From Camelus ferus (lineage: Eukaryota): a DNA stretch of 64,000 nucleotides. Each line of letters begins with the position of its first letter. Positions within the stretch are counted from its first letter, which is position 1. The notes under the pieces are model-generated. The model worked only from the letters and a program-made list of their open reading frames with translations, did no database searches and was not told the origin of the DNA. The translations under genes and the position numbers were made by a program. The stretch lies in contig NC_045696.1 of assembly GCF_009834535.1 (NCBI RefSeq), positions 121,770,001 to 121,834,000 of the forward strand, read 5' to 3'. This document shows, in pieces, positions 13,014 to 25,839 of the stretch.

Positions 13014-14384
13014 AAGAACTGGCTGGCAGATTAAGCCTGCCCAAAATACACAAGAAAACTTAAAATCTGTTGCCACTGCTACAAAATTCCACCATACGGA
13101 AACTCAAGTGAAGATCCTGGCCTGAAACCTGCTCCCCTCCAAGGTTTTGGTGAGCAGCTGCCTCTAACGTAAAAATGTGTTGTCAAGTTTAAGAGCCATT
13201 GACTCAAAGGCTAACCGCACTGAGCAACTGGGACAGGAGGAAATGTTATATTGGGATTATAGGCAGATTTAAGGCCACAGGGTTTTTTTCACTTCCTTTC
13301 TGGGATAACCTGACTGACCTTTATAGGTGAGATCTCCTTACAATGACTCCTGAAGACCTCCAAATGGTGAGGTTGTGGTGGGATTTTATGACAAACAAAA
13401 TCTAGTTCCTCGATCTGAGTGGTTCACTGGGCGTGGTAACTGAGATGCGAGACTCCAGGGGGATCATCATGTAGTTGTCAACTAGGGGGAAAAGGATTCT
13501 GTCTCAGAGGTGAATGGAGGAGCAAGGGCTAGGGTACCCCTGACCACTTTCAAACATTTCCCACTTGTCCTCACAGCCATCCCATGAAGTTAAAGACGCA
13601 GTCCCCATCTATGGATGGGAAAGCTGAAGCCAGGTGTCCAGGCAACCCACCCAAAGCTGAAGAGCAGGAAGCTGCAGTCAGCGACAAAGCCAGACCCGTC
13701 AAATTCCCGAGCTGGCTAGAGAGCTGTAAGTGCAGGTGTGGAAGAAGGACGGGATCCGGGCCCGGACCTTCTCATCTGTCACTGCAAGCACCATCCAGCA
13801 GTCCACTTCCCATACCTGGCCAGAGTCTACTCAGGGGTAAAACCAGAGGTACAGGGGACCCTCTTGATTCTCAAAGGCAGGACCCCATGAGAGAGCTGCC
13901 TGGCAAACATCTTCCCATCTTAACAGATGGAGGGGCTCTCCCTGAAAGTCAGAATGTGGGGCTCAGTAAGCCCGGGTCAGAAAAAGGGGCTGTGGCTCCT
14001 CTGCCCTGGTGAGGCATCACCACCCCAGCCACCCTGTATCTCTAGGGAGGCGCCAAGGCTGGTGGCAAAAACATTCACAGTCTGACATCAGAAAGGCCAG
14101 GGCCCAACCCCAGCTGTAGAAAAATCACCAAAGTGGCCCTGACAAGTACCACCCTCTGTAAGGACTTCACCTTCTTCCATCTGAAATGTGGGGAGAGGCT
14201 GTAGCTCCAAGGGACACAGAGCAGACAGTGACGGTTTCTCCCACAAGCATGGAGGTGCTCCACACGAGAGAAGCGGAGGAGTCACCCGTGCTTCTGGGCT
14301 CTGCCTCCTCTATTCTAGTCACGATGCTACACTCCCTGGACTCCAATTTACTGAGCAGGTACACACAACAGGTGCTGCGCTATG

Positions 14385-14530
14385 CCACCTGCATTTATTA
14401 TCTCACTCCCAACTCAGCTATTCAACGTAGACATTACTATTCCCTGTTTAGAAATGGGAAACAGAGGGCAAGGTTCACTAAGGTCAAGTCATTAGGAAGT
14501 GGCCGGTGGATCTCACACCCAACCTGTCCA
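14385..14530 (+). mobile_element. MIR SINE remnant
   Basis: attattccctgtttagaaatgggaaacagagg...aaggtca core. Confidence 0.6.
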
Positions 14531-17500
14531 AGCCAAAGCCAGAGCTGGCCCACACCACCACTCTAGGGACCTGCTGCCTGGGAACAGGCCCACAGCCCCA
14601 CCTGGCACACAGCAGGAGGCACTGGCTGTGGAACGACCTCCCCGGCCCCAGGAGGAGCTGGTTGACCACTACAGTGCAGCAGGAGTTTTTTAAGTGCACT
14701 CAAAGGCATTACCTCATTTAGGAAGAATTATGTTTGAAGGTTCAAACCAAAAGACCTGTCCAGCAAGGTGGGTCGGGTGGTGCCAGATCTAGAGATGGAA
14801 TTGCAGGAGGAACGGCAGAAAGATTCTTCAACCTCAAACAAGTGAAGACCTCCTCCCCAGTCCCCCATGCTGCCTCCGCCTCCACCCTCCCTGCCCTTGG
14901 TTGCAGCCGCGCCTGTCTGTCTTTGAGGCCAAGCAGCCTCAAAGTCCTACAGCCTCTAACCTTCCCCCAAACTCCTGCCTCAGCTTTCTGGGGCCCCCCT
15001 TTCGGGTGCAGCCCAGCCCCTGCCAGCACATTCTACCTTAAATGCTGGCCTCTGTTTCTTAGGTATCAAGTCTCCAGTCCTTTTATGTAAGTAATCCACG
15101 AACTGGGAATCAGGAGAACAGGAAAGCAAGGCCTCTGACAAACTCACCTGTGAAACAAGTACATTTGTGAAGACAGAGGGAAAGTGGGTGCAGCACACTG
15201 AAGCTGCAAGGATCCTTTCCTACATGCCCTGGAGGGTTCCCAGATGACTCCCAGTCACTTCCTAAGGCTACCTGCAGGTATCTAATTAGAGTAAGTTCCT
15301 TTGTCTTCTAAAAGACTAACCTACGCTTTCATCAGACAAAAAGAAGTCACAAATACAGCATCAAAAGCCAGGGAAGGGGCAAGAAGCCCGTGGCCTGACA
15401 TTCCTCTTGACTAAAATGTCCTGGATCCTGTTTGCTGGAATCCACAAGTATGCAAGATCTGTCCCCAGCTGGGACTTTTGTTTCTAACACCATCTCACTG
15501 TTGCCACCTCACTGCCACCACTTCAGGTCCCCCATCTTTTTTTTTTAACTCAACCATCTTAACACGTTACCTTCATAACTCAAAGAAAAGACACAGCTTT
15601 GCACAGTTAGCACGTGAAACACGTTTCGTTACCTGAAAGAACAGCAGTCGGAGGCCAGATTGTCTAACTCACCTCCTAGAACAGCTCAGATAATTCAAGA
15701 GAATCCATTCTGACAACCACACTTAGGTGGCAGCACAATTCCGTAAGCCTCCAAAAACGACACTGCCAACTCGTTCTGCTGTTTCTGCCACTATTGCCAA
15801 CCTGACATTTGTTATAAGCAAATCCCAACGATGCTCTATTACCCCAGGACAACTGCTCATAAAGGCCTCACCTACTCACCTATTTCATCATCTTCCTAGT
15901 TTTCTACAATGAGTATAGATTAACTCAATGATGGGGGGGGGGGATAAGCCTCAGGAAAATAGCCTTGTCTGTTCCATTTGACGGCACAGAAGCATCCCAA
16001 GTGCAAACAGGTAGTTCTCCAATCATTTGAGTTGTCCACACTTTCAGAGATTAGCACACCAACAGTCCTTAAACGGATTCAGTGCTAAGGGTGTGACATT
16101 TTTTTCCCCCATGGAAACTGACATATTCAAGACCTTGCGGGTCATTCTTGATTTTTTCTCAAGAGAACAAAACACCAGAAAAAAATGCCAACATTTCAGA
16201 ATGGCTTCGCTCCTTCCCCACTCACCTCCTTCAGGTGCATCTTTCAGTCCTCTGGTATCCAAGGGCCACGAGGTCCTAACTATGAGCCTCAGCACACCCT
16301 CACTGCACCAGCCCCTGCTTTATCCTCTTCAATGGGGTTCCACTGCTCTCAAGGTAAATTCCAGACCCCCTCAGCCCTGGGGAGTGACTGCCTGTTTGTC
16401 TCTCTCTGCTTCAAACACACTGATCTTCCTTCAGTCCCAAGCACTCTCTCTGCCTGAAAAACTCTTTTTCTCTTTTACCTATTTAGCTCCTACACATCCT
16501 CTGATCCCAGCTGAAGGCCCCCCCTCAAGTCTTGCTCACCAGGTCACAGGGTCCCTCTCTCCTTGGCGCTTGTAAGTTTCCCCAAGTTTATGAGATTAGT
16601 TATGACTTCTCTCCCACTAATCTCACAGCAAACGCCGCTGAGCACTGGAGGCACAGTACGCACACTGGTATCTATTGACTAAATCAATCCAGAAATCACT
16701 ACTTGCAACAGTAGAAATTCACAAAATAAATGATGCAAAACAAGTGAGAATTACTGAAGAACTGAGAATTGGAGTCTTTAAAATGTGTTTTATTACTGAA
16801 ATAAACAATATTCCTTAACTTTTAAAAAATCAGAAAATAGAGATACCAAAAAGCTTAACCAAAACACAAAAACAAATAAACAAACAAACAAAACCCTACT
16901 GCTAACCCTAATCCAAAGATTTTTTGTTGTTGACATGTTGGTACAAATCCTTCCAGGATTTTTTCTACCAAGAGCAGCCTTACTTCTTTCCTCACTATCA
17001 AAATGTAAGATTGTAGGATCTGCCAAATAATACTGCATTAACAGAGATGACTTGGCATTTTAAAAAAATGATGTCATCTGAATAGAAATAACAATGTATC
17101 CAAATCATTGATACAGGAGCCATCCCATTCTCTACACCACATCCCAGATGAGAAGCAATCCTCTGTAAAAACCAGCTTCAGAATTTTAGGGAAGAAACTG
17201 GATGAAAGACGAAGGGTGGAGGAGAGTATGTAAGAAGAGGGTCTAGCAAATCACTCTCAAAACACCCAATCTACACTGCTTCCCAGAAAAGGGACATTGT
17301 TTTCTGAGTTGCAGGCTATGGAAGGAAACCAAAGGAGTGACCTTGTGGCTTGGTTCTTAAAAGCCAGCTGTTATAACTCTGCTCTCTGAGGACATAGCAG
17401 GGCTAGAAATGGTGTCACCAGGTCATCCCCCAACTCCAAGCAGAGGTGCACTGGAGCCTGGACAAGTAAATGGCTCTGTGTTTTAGGAGCCCTCAGGAAA

Positions 17501-17569
17501 TACTCATACACTGGACCTGCAAACAGGAGCATTCTTGGGCTCTGCTGCCCTGCAGGGAAGACACAAGCC

Positions 17570-17740
17570 AAGCTCTGCCTCTCCACTACTCAGCAGTCTG
17601 GGGCAAGCAGCCTGGCCTCCAGAAGCCTCAGTCTCCTCATCTGTAAAGTGGGGACTATACTCTCCCCTCCCCACTGGATTGCTAGGGGCACTGAAATATG
17701 TCTACGCACTGAGCTTGACACACAGGAGGCACTTGAATCC
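17570..17740 (-). mobile_element. MIR SINE remnant
   Basis: gggcaag...gcctcagtctcctcatctgtaaagtggg core. Confidence 0.7.
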
Positions 17741-18519
17741 AGGCAAGTATGATCTGCTAGCTTTCCTCCACTGCTTGCTGTCAGATCTAACAAGCTACTG
17801 CTCTCGATGGACTGATCTGGTGCCAGAAAACATTATTTCATATAAACTAACTTAAAAGAAGACTTGTAACCACTACCAGAAGAAAAAGAACGTCAACAGG
17901 ACAATAGGCCCAAGCCTGAAGCAACTGTACACAAGGCTGGCTTCCCTCCGTTTCTCTGTGCTACCACCGCCAGAAGACGTCACTGTGTGAAATGGACACA
18001 CAGAACCAGAGACTTAACCAGTACTGTCTCCAAGAAAACTGAGAGAAGTAAAAGGGTGAGGAAGAGAGAAACTCAAAGGCTCAAGTGACTCACTCGGACT
18101 TTGAGCTGAAGAATGCAGAGCTCTTACCATAAGGATGAACCACACACCTAAAGGTGTAGGGTCAAATACACAAAACTAAGCAGTCCTTGCAAAACTCCAA
18201 GTGTAGGGCAGAAACGCGCACCCCAGGTGTCATCCAATTCCTGAAGGAAGGGTCCCCATCATTTCTGGGTCCCAGCGTCTGCGCAAACACCAAGTGTCAG
18301 TCCCGCTCTAAGCCTGGGCCCTGCCCAGAAACCTTTCCAGGTTGAAGTGATCAATTCCGATTCTCAGCAATAATCCCTTTAAAGGGTCAGCTGCTGCCGT
18401 CTACTCACTGATGCCGCCCCCCTTGCAGGTGGGAAAAAGGAAATCAATACAGCCACTGTCTTAGATGGGGAGGCCAATTTAAAGTGTGCGGCCCTGTGAA
18501 AGGCTGTGTGACCCACACA

Positions 18520-19060
18520 GGGGGAAGGGTCCCCAGGCTCCCGGAGGTGAGGCCGTAAGGGCGCAAGCGGGGGGGGGGGGGGGGGCCTGGCCCTGCGGGC
18601 GCCCGGGGACTCTCATTCCGACACGGGATCCGCAGCAACCGTCGCCGCGGGGTTCAGCGCCCCCCGCCCCGCGCGCCCACGTGCCGCTGTCCCCCAGCCC
18701 GTCCCGACCCCTCCCCCGGGCCCCGAAGGACGCGCAGGAGGAAGAGGGGCGACACCGCGACCTTCCGGGACCCCCGCCCGGCGCGGCTCCCACACGCCCA
18801 GGCGGCGGCGGAGCGCGGGACTTCCCGGGTGAGCGCGAGGAAGGCGCCCCCTGAAGACAAGGAGCAGGAGTCGCCCGCTCTCACGTTTCCATGTCCACGC
18901 GGGGGTCTCGCACAGCGCGCCGCCCCCTGACCCCGCGCCGCTCCAGTCTCCCCCGCGCGCCGCCCGCTGGCCGGATCAGGCGCCCCTCGGCCGCACACGT
19001 GGAGCCCGCCGCCGGCGTCACCGCCCGGGACACGCGCTCCAGGTCAGCGCGCCTGGCCCC
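18520..19060 (-). promoter_or_regulatory. CpG island carried by the insert, with candidate first-exon end ATGGAAAC|gtgaga (ATG 18892-18890, donor 18884)
   Basis: Dense CpG, GC boxes and E-boxes (CACGTG). Truncated abruptly at the TSD. Confidence 0.75.
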
Positions 19061-19400
19061 CAGACATGATCTTACATGCAGAAAACCCTGAAGACTCAAA
19101 CACAAAACCGACACCACTAACCAATACATTCAGTAACGTTGCAGGATATAAAGTCAACATATAGAAACCAGGTGTGTTTCTATACATTAACAATAAACTA
19201 TCTGAAAAAAGAAATAAAACGATCCCATGACAACAGCATCAAAAACAGCAAAATACTTAGGGAGACATTTTACCAGGGAGGTGAAAGACCTGTATGCTGA
19301 AAACTGTAAGACTCAGATGAAAGAAACTGAAGACACAAACAAATGCAAAGATACTTTGCGTTCATGGATCAGAAGAACTAGTACGTACTGCTGTTAATAA
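19061..19400 (+). mobile_element. Old LINE-1, right part (RT continuation)
   Basis: gacatgatcttacatgcagaaaaccctgaagactc...gttgcaggatataaagtcaac corresponds to DMIL..ENP.DS...VAGYK.N. Confidence 0.9.
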
Positions 19401-21574
19401 ATGTGCCTAGTTGTCTGATTCCCCATCCAACTGTTACACAACTTTTTCACTCCAAGTTAGCAATTTAAGCCTCCGGTGTCTTGCTCTTTGGATTCTCCCA
19501 TGAATCAGAGATGCAGAATAATTTTCATGGGAAGAAGAAACACTGGAGTACGACCTCTTTATAACCTGATGTGATGGAACCCATAAGGTAGAACCCAGCT
19601 GGTGTCTACTCCCCTAACTCTACTTCCGTAGGATCAGAATCCTGGTTGTGTTCACAGCAGCAACGCATCCAGCCCCAGGAGAGCTCTTGCTTTCCCCCAC
19701 TCCCTTATGACCAGCGGCAGGCACTACACAGTTCTGACCAACCAGACACAAGTGCGAGTCCTCTAGGGGCTCTTGGAAGGTTCTCATGTTTCCTGATAAA
19801 AGAGAAAGATGCAGCTGGCATGCCCTTCTTTTTTCTCCCTTCATCCTGGTGTAAATTGGACAAGAAATCTGGAACTGCAGCAGCCCTCTTACAACACAAA
19901 AAATATGAGAAAAACCAACATAAGTGCACAAATTGCAATTATTTCAACCCTGATTTGGTTGAAATCAATGCCAACAGCTGCCTACTTCTAGACTTCTTGT
20001 TCTATGGGAAAAACAATCCAACTAAGATATTCCCAAATTGACTCTTCTGTTCACTGTAGCTGAATGCAGGCCTAACGCACATTTATGTACAGATTCAGCT
20101 CCGACCGGATTACTTTATTGCAAAGCATATGCTTTATTCCTCGTAAATGCTACTGGAGTATAGTTCTAAGGCTTATGATAACTTGCTCTAATTCCTTTTC
20201 ATACTTGACAAAATTTCACTGTAAAAATAACTTCTTTACCTTTGCTTTACAGTATCTTTTCTAGTTCCCAATTTTCTAACTCTCTCTCATAAAAGAGACT
20301 TCTAATTTGCGTATATTGGAATCAAAGTCTTACGAACAAAGAAGAAAATTTATCATGCTGTAATTGTATTTGAAGAAATTTTAACTGGTTCATCTTATTT
20401 AACAATGGTATTATTATAAAGAGAATAATTATTGAGCATTTATATGCCTGGCACTAAGTGCTCTACACAGTATCTCAATTAATCTTCACATCACCGAATG
20501 ATTCTCTGATTTTTAGGTGAGAAACCTGAGGCTAGCTCAAGGTCACATAACAGAGACAGCTGTTGGAGCTGTGACTGGACCGTGTAATTCCAAAGTCCCT
20601 GGGCCTCCACATGCTAAGCACTTACTGTGAAAATCTTTGCTTGATTCTGTTTACAGTTTACCTTTAGATTTTGGAAAGGTTTATAGCTTTCACTCAATCA
20701 CACAGTATGAATACACTACAGAAATACTTGAGGAAAAAGAATGTGGATCATTAGCAAAGTTTCAGTCTAACATTACATTATTTTATTATTCTTCTGAAAA
20801 ATAAATAATTCTTGCTCTCCACGTGCCAGGCACTGTTATTGGGACAAAAGCTGAATTAAGATTGGGTCCCCACCCTCGACAGTTCCCGGTCTAATGGGAC
20901 AAACATAAACATAATTATGACGTCACATCGTAAATGCCTGAAGAGCCATGTGTAATCTGAAATATGCAGGGAAAGGTGTCTGTACATACACACTTCAGAC
21001 ATGTCTACAGCCTGGAGCTGCTGGGAATATGGTGTATCTTGGAAAACGGGCTTTGATTCACCCTTGCAGAAGGCATTTGGGAAATCTTCCTGGTTTGTTC
21101 TCAAACTCTTGCTCCTGGAGGCAGACAAGTGTGTAGGCAGGGCGCTCAGAAGGGTGAAGAGGAGACGGAAGGGCATTAACCACCACTGTGAGCCTGGAAA
21201 GGGGCTTTCGTGGGACCTAAGAGACGTCTCCTGGACTAGGAGCCCTCAGTGGGGTAAAAGGCCATGGAACTTTGTTCAAGCAGGAACATGCTTCCGAGTC
21301 TGCTCGGCACAGCTGTCTGTGTGTGGACAACTGTCCCCTGAGCTCCACGACGGGGACACACATGCCCTGTCCAAGTCTGTGGGTGTCCTCCCACCAGGCA
21401 TTGTCACTGTCATCAAACAACCCCATGGCCAAGGTACAAGTATTATCCCCATCTTACAGATGACAAACATGAGGTGCACAGACTGGCCCAAAATGATACA
21501 AACCACGAGTGGTACCCAGGCAACCAGCTCGACTCCACGCTTCTAACCACCATGCTGAGGACTTTCAGGGGAGG

Positions 21575-22103
21575 CAGAAGAGCCTCGAGAGATGTCCACG
21601 CCCTAATCCCTGGAATCTGAAACGTGTCACAGACTTTAAAGTAGGGAGTGTCCTGGGGCATTCAAGTGGGGCCAATCTATCCACATGAGTCCTTCCTCTG
21701 CCTGGAGCCAAAGGATGTGGCCGAAGGTGCTGGCAGAGAGCTCTGCAGTGTGAGACGCCAGCTCTCATGTGGCTGCAGGGCCACGTGGAAGCCTGACAAG
21801 GAGTCAGACAGCCCTGGGAACAAAGAGAAGCCCCAGTCGACAGCAGCAAGCAAACAGGGGCCACACTGCTACGCCCCAGGGCCCTGAGTTCCCTGTCCAC
21901 CTGAGACTGGAGCGGCTCATCCCCAGAGCCTCCGGAAAGGAGCACAGCCCTGCCGACACCTTGACTTTGGCCTGTGAGCCTCTGAGCAGGTGACCAGCCA
22001 CACTGCACCCGGGCTCCCGACTCACGTAACTGTGAGGAAATAAATGGGCTGTTTGAAGCCAATAACTTGTAGTAACTTTTTATGGTAGCAACAGGAAAAT
22101 AAC
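21575..22103 (+). mobile_element. MaLR (MLT1-type) LTR
   Basis: ccctaatccctggaa...cagccctgccgacaccttgactttggcctgtgag...taaatgggctgtttgaagcc...aaaataaca. Confidence 0.8.
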
Positions 22104-25100
22104 ACGACTTTCTTATTTAACCCTTTGAATGGCCTGTGTGTGGCCGAGTAAAGAAGTCTCCCTGGACAAGTCTGAGAAACTGAGAAACTAGCATCTGACA
22201 TGAGGCTTCTAGAAGGGTCAGGAGTCCGCACGTGGAAGGTGCCCCACTCTGTGCCGACGCACAAAGAGCGTGTGGTCCTTTCTGAAGAGATAAGCAGTCC
22301 AGGCTGAAAAGTAAGGAATACGCAATCATTCTCTTTCTCAAATACTGATGTTTTTCCGTATCTTTTCATGAAAGTTGTGTTCGAGGAAATACAACCGCCA
22401 AATATAAAAACACAGAAATCTTTAAAAAAACTAACAACCTTAAAAAATCATGATCTGAACTTTGAAGAGAGTAGAAACTCTCAAAATAGGTGTTTAACAT
22501 GCACATATAAGTAACTCCTAAAGCAAAAGGTAAGGGTTTGAACCTGTATTCTAGAGTCAAACTTCTGAGCATGAATACTTTAAATGTACCATGAGAGCTT
22601 ATGAATACAATCATTTATTACACTCCTCATACATTTCGGCACTTGGGACACTTCATCTAATTCAATTCTGATAACTTACAGCATTATCATCCCCATGTTA
22701 CAGACAAAGAAACTAAAGTTAAATAATAACTTACCTACGTTTTTAAAGAGAATAAAAAATAGACCCAAGTTTTGTGTATGTGATGATACAGAGTACACAC
22801 ACCAGGATATGTGCACATGTAAGACACCAGCCAGGAATTCTTTCACAGGAAAGGTTTCACAGACCTCTTTCCTCTAGGGCACAGGCTGAGGAAACAGCAT
22901 TCCATAATCTCGGATCTCCCAGGGGAAGATGCTTTAGAATGGTTTACACATATGAGGAAGGTGGGCTTGGTTTTCTAAGACTCTGTCTGCAAACAAAAAT
23001 GAATAAGCAAAAGTACCCCGATCGAGACCTCAAAGTAAGTTACTGAAGGAGAAAAGGGGAAACGCTGTACACGTTGACGGTAAAGAATGAGATGGTGGTG
23101 CGACTCCTACCTTCACTACTAGTGTTTTCAAGAAACAGAAGGATGCTTATCTAAACCAAATGTGTGTCGAGGAAATGCTGTTGGCTTAGGTGTTTGAAAA
23201 TTGTTCATTCTTTTAAAAAAAAACATATATTTACATAATCAGGTCTGTTCTCTTTTCCTTTTTTCAAGCTCAGTAATACTATTAACAGAAAATATTCTAG
23301 ACTACATATTCTAAACACATGCAACTGTCCAATTTTGATGTATTTATTTCATATCTTAAAAATGAATTGATAACCTGCTGTGTATACTCTAAGGGATATA
23401 TATGATAACTACAAGAAAGTTTACAATCTCAATAAAGAACCAAGGACAATGGCTAAGTGATGGTATATTAATAAACTGCACCCAAAGGCTCAAAGCACAC
23501 ATGATTATAGTTAGCATAGGGACAGTGGGACTTTGTGGTCAAACTATACTTACTTTTGGAAAGCTGTCAGTGAAAAGTTAGGCTTTATTTTGATTACACA
23601 ATTGCTGCATGGTATTAGCTAAAATCTATGGAAGAGAAGCACTTTCTGAGAAGGCAACTCAGTTTGCTATATTCAATTCTATTCAAGTAAAATTTGCTCA
23701 AAACCTGTTTTGGCCCCAGAAGACTACCAGGTGGCACTACAGAGTACAGGCCTCACCTGCGACACCCATAAGGTACATTACAGTCTTACGTTAGTTTAGA
23801 ATATTGTCTAGAGGACCTAGATCATGACCCTACCTAACATTCTAGACACAGAAGAGATTTTAAAAATAAAATGATGCTATTAAATAATATATAAAAATAA
23901 TTCCAATAAAACAATAAGAGTTTTTTACTTTAGTACATTTATTCTTCATTCAACAAACATTTACTCAGTATCTACTATGTCCTGGCTTGGTATCAAGTGT
24001 GAAGTTTTTTTCTTTTTAATAATAGTAATTCAAGCATAGGTAAGAAAAAATTCCTGTCTCAAAGAGTAAAGTTAAGTGGGGAAGAGAAACAAAAAGGAAT
24101 TACAGTAGGCCCTCACTAATCATGGATTAAACCTTCAGAGCTCCTATTTGAGGTTTCAAGCATAAGCATGTGATTCTGTAGACCCATGTCACGATATACA
24201 ACAATTCTCAATGACGCTGAGGACCAAATGAAAACAGAAGATGAGCTGACAGAGCTGTGGGCAGACAGTTGAGCTGACTTTCCAACATCCAATAATCCTT
24301 TTTCACCCTCACCACCAGGCGCGTTAGTGCCCCTACTGCAGAGATGATGACAGTGAGGAAAGCGTGCGGTGTGGGATTTAGAAATCTGGGAACTGCTGAT
24401 AATCTGTGAACACACCTACACGAACACTGCCCGTCTGACTACATTCTCCTCAGAAGGAAAAGGCACAAGAATAAGCCCTTCTCTAAGGAGAGAGGATGTG
24501 TAACATTTTAATATTCCATGAAAGAAAGAAACTACGAAATTTTTCATGATCACATTTTACACTCTAATAATAAAAAATAAGATAGATAATAATGCTAATA
24601 GATGCATAATAATGCTAACAGCTACCACTAACTGACCTCTTCAACTACTCACCCATGTGTTAGTAACTGTGTAACAAGGTACTAATTGTATTAGGCACTG
24701 TTTTGAGTGCTTTAAATAGACTTAACTCAAACACCCTAGCAACCTAATGAGGAAGGGGTTGTGTCACAACTACATTACCATATGTTTTCAACCAATATAT
24801 TACACCAATATTATATTAAGAACTTCAAGTACCTTTTCAATTTAACCCTTTACTATAAGCTGATGAGATAAATGCTATTATCCTATGTTAATGGGTATTG
24901 TTCTAAGTGTTTACATGTATTAACTGACACTGACGTAATTGCCATAATCTATCAGGAAGGTACCATCATTGCCCGAAGTCTATAGCGAATAAGTGGCATA
25001 AAAGTAGACATCCAACCCAGGCCTATCCAAGTTCTCAACCGCACCACACTTCACTGCCAAGCAATGGGAAACACTGATTTACAACAAACATTCTGTAGTC

Positions 25101-25839
25101 TCCCCTCCATAATCCTCCCACGTCAATATTTTCCATACCCCATACCGGGAACTGAAAACTGGCTGCAGGTGAAGTGCACATTACAGGAAAATTCAACAAG
25201 CTGTCAGCGGTGCTCACCAACATAACGGGCACATGGACCCTCCGCTGGCCTGGGGACCCTTTCAGAACCAAATGCAGATTCTGGTTCCCCGGGTGTAGGG
25301 TGGAAGCTGCACCTTCCAACAAGCTTTCAGGGAAGGCTGAAGTGTTTGGTCCACAAATCTCATTCTGAAGAGAAAGGCTGTAGGGGTATATCCCCTCCCT
25401 CAGCCCCATTTTAGTTCATTTTGAATGCAAGAAAAATTGTATTTCTCTGGGCTACTGAAAAGTGCAATATTTCCTTATGTTTCCAGGACATATTATGACA
25501 TTAAACAAATTTTGAAGTGAAAAAGCTTAAACTTGGAAACAGAAATATAGAAAATTAAGTGAAGAATGATAAAATGGAGCATTTCCAACAGCTCAAGATT
25601 ATGCCAAATTATAGATCCCAAGTAAAAATTTTCTTAGTCTTTATGTTTGTGTGGAAAAGTTTTACAATCTGCAGGACCCATCAAGTCCTTCAAAATTGGC
25701 TCCAGTCCACTTTTTCTGCCTCATGACCCCCCAGTGTCATTCACGCGCCCCCTCTCCAGGCATATCTCACTCCTTGCCATCCCTCTTCAAGGTGCACCCT
25801 TTCTCTGCTCTGGCAAAGCCCCACCAAGAGATTCATTCA

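Larger units (their letters stand above)
9306..19060 (-). mobile_element. ~9.75-kb retrotransposed non-L1 insert (unspliced transcript-like) splitting the old L1
   Basis: TSD cagacatgat at 9296-9305 and 19061-19070. T-tract at 9306-9318 (A-tail on minus strand). L1 RT sequence resumes exactly after the insert. The insert begins in a CpG island and contains ancient MIRs. Confidence 0.8.
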
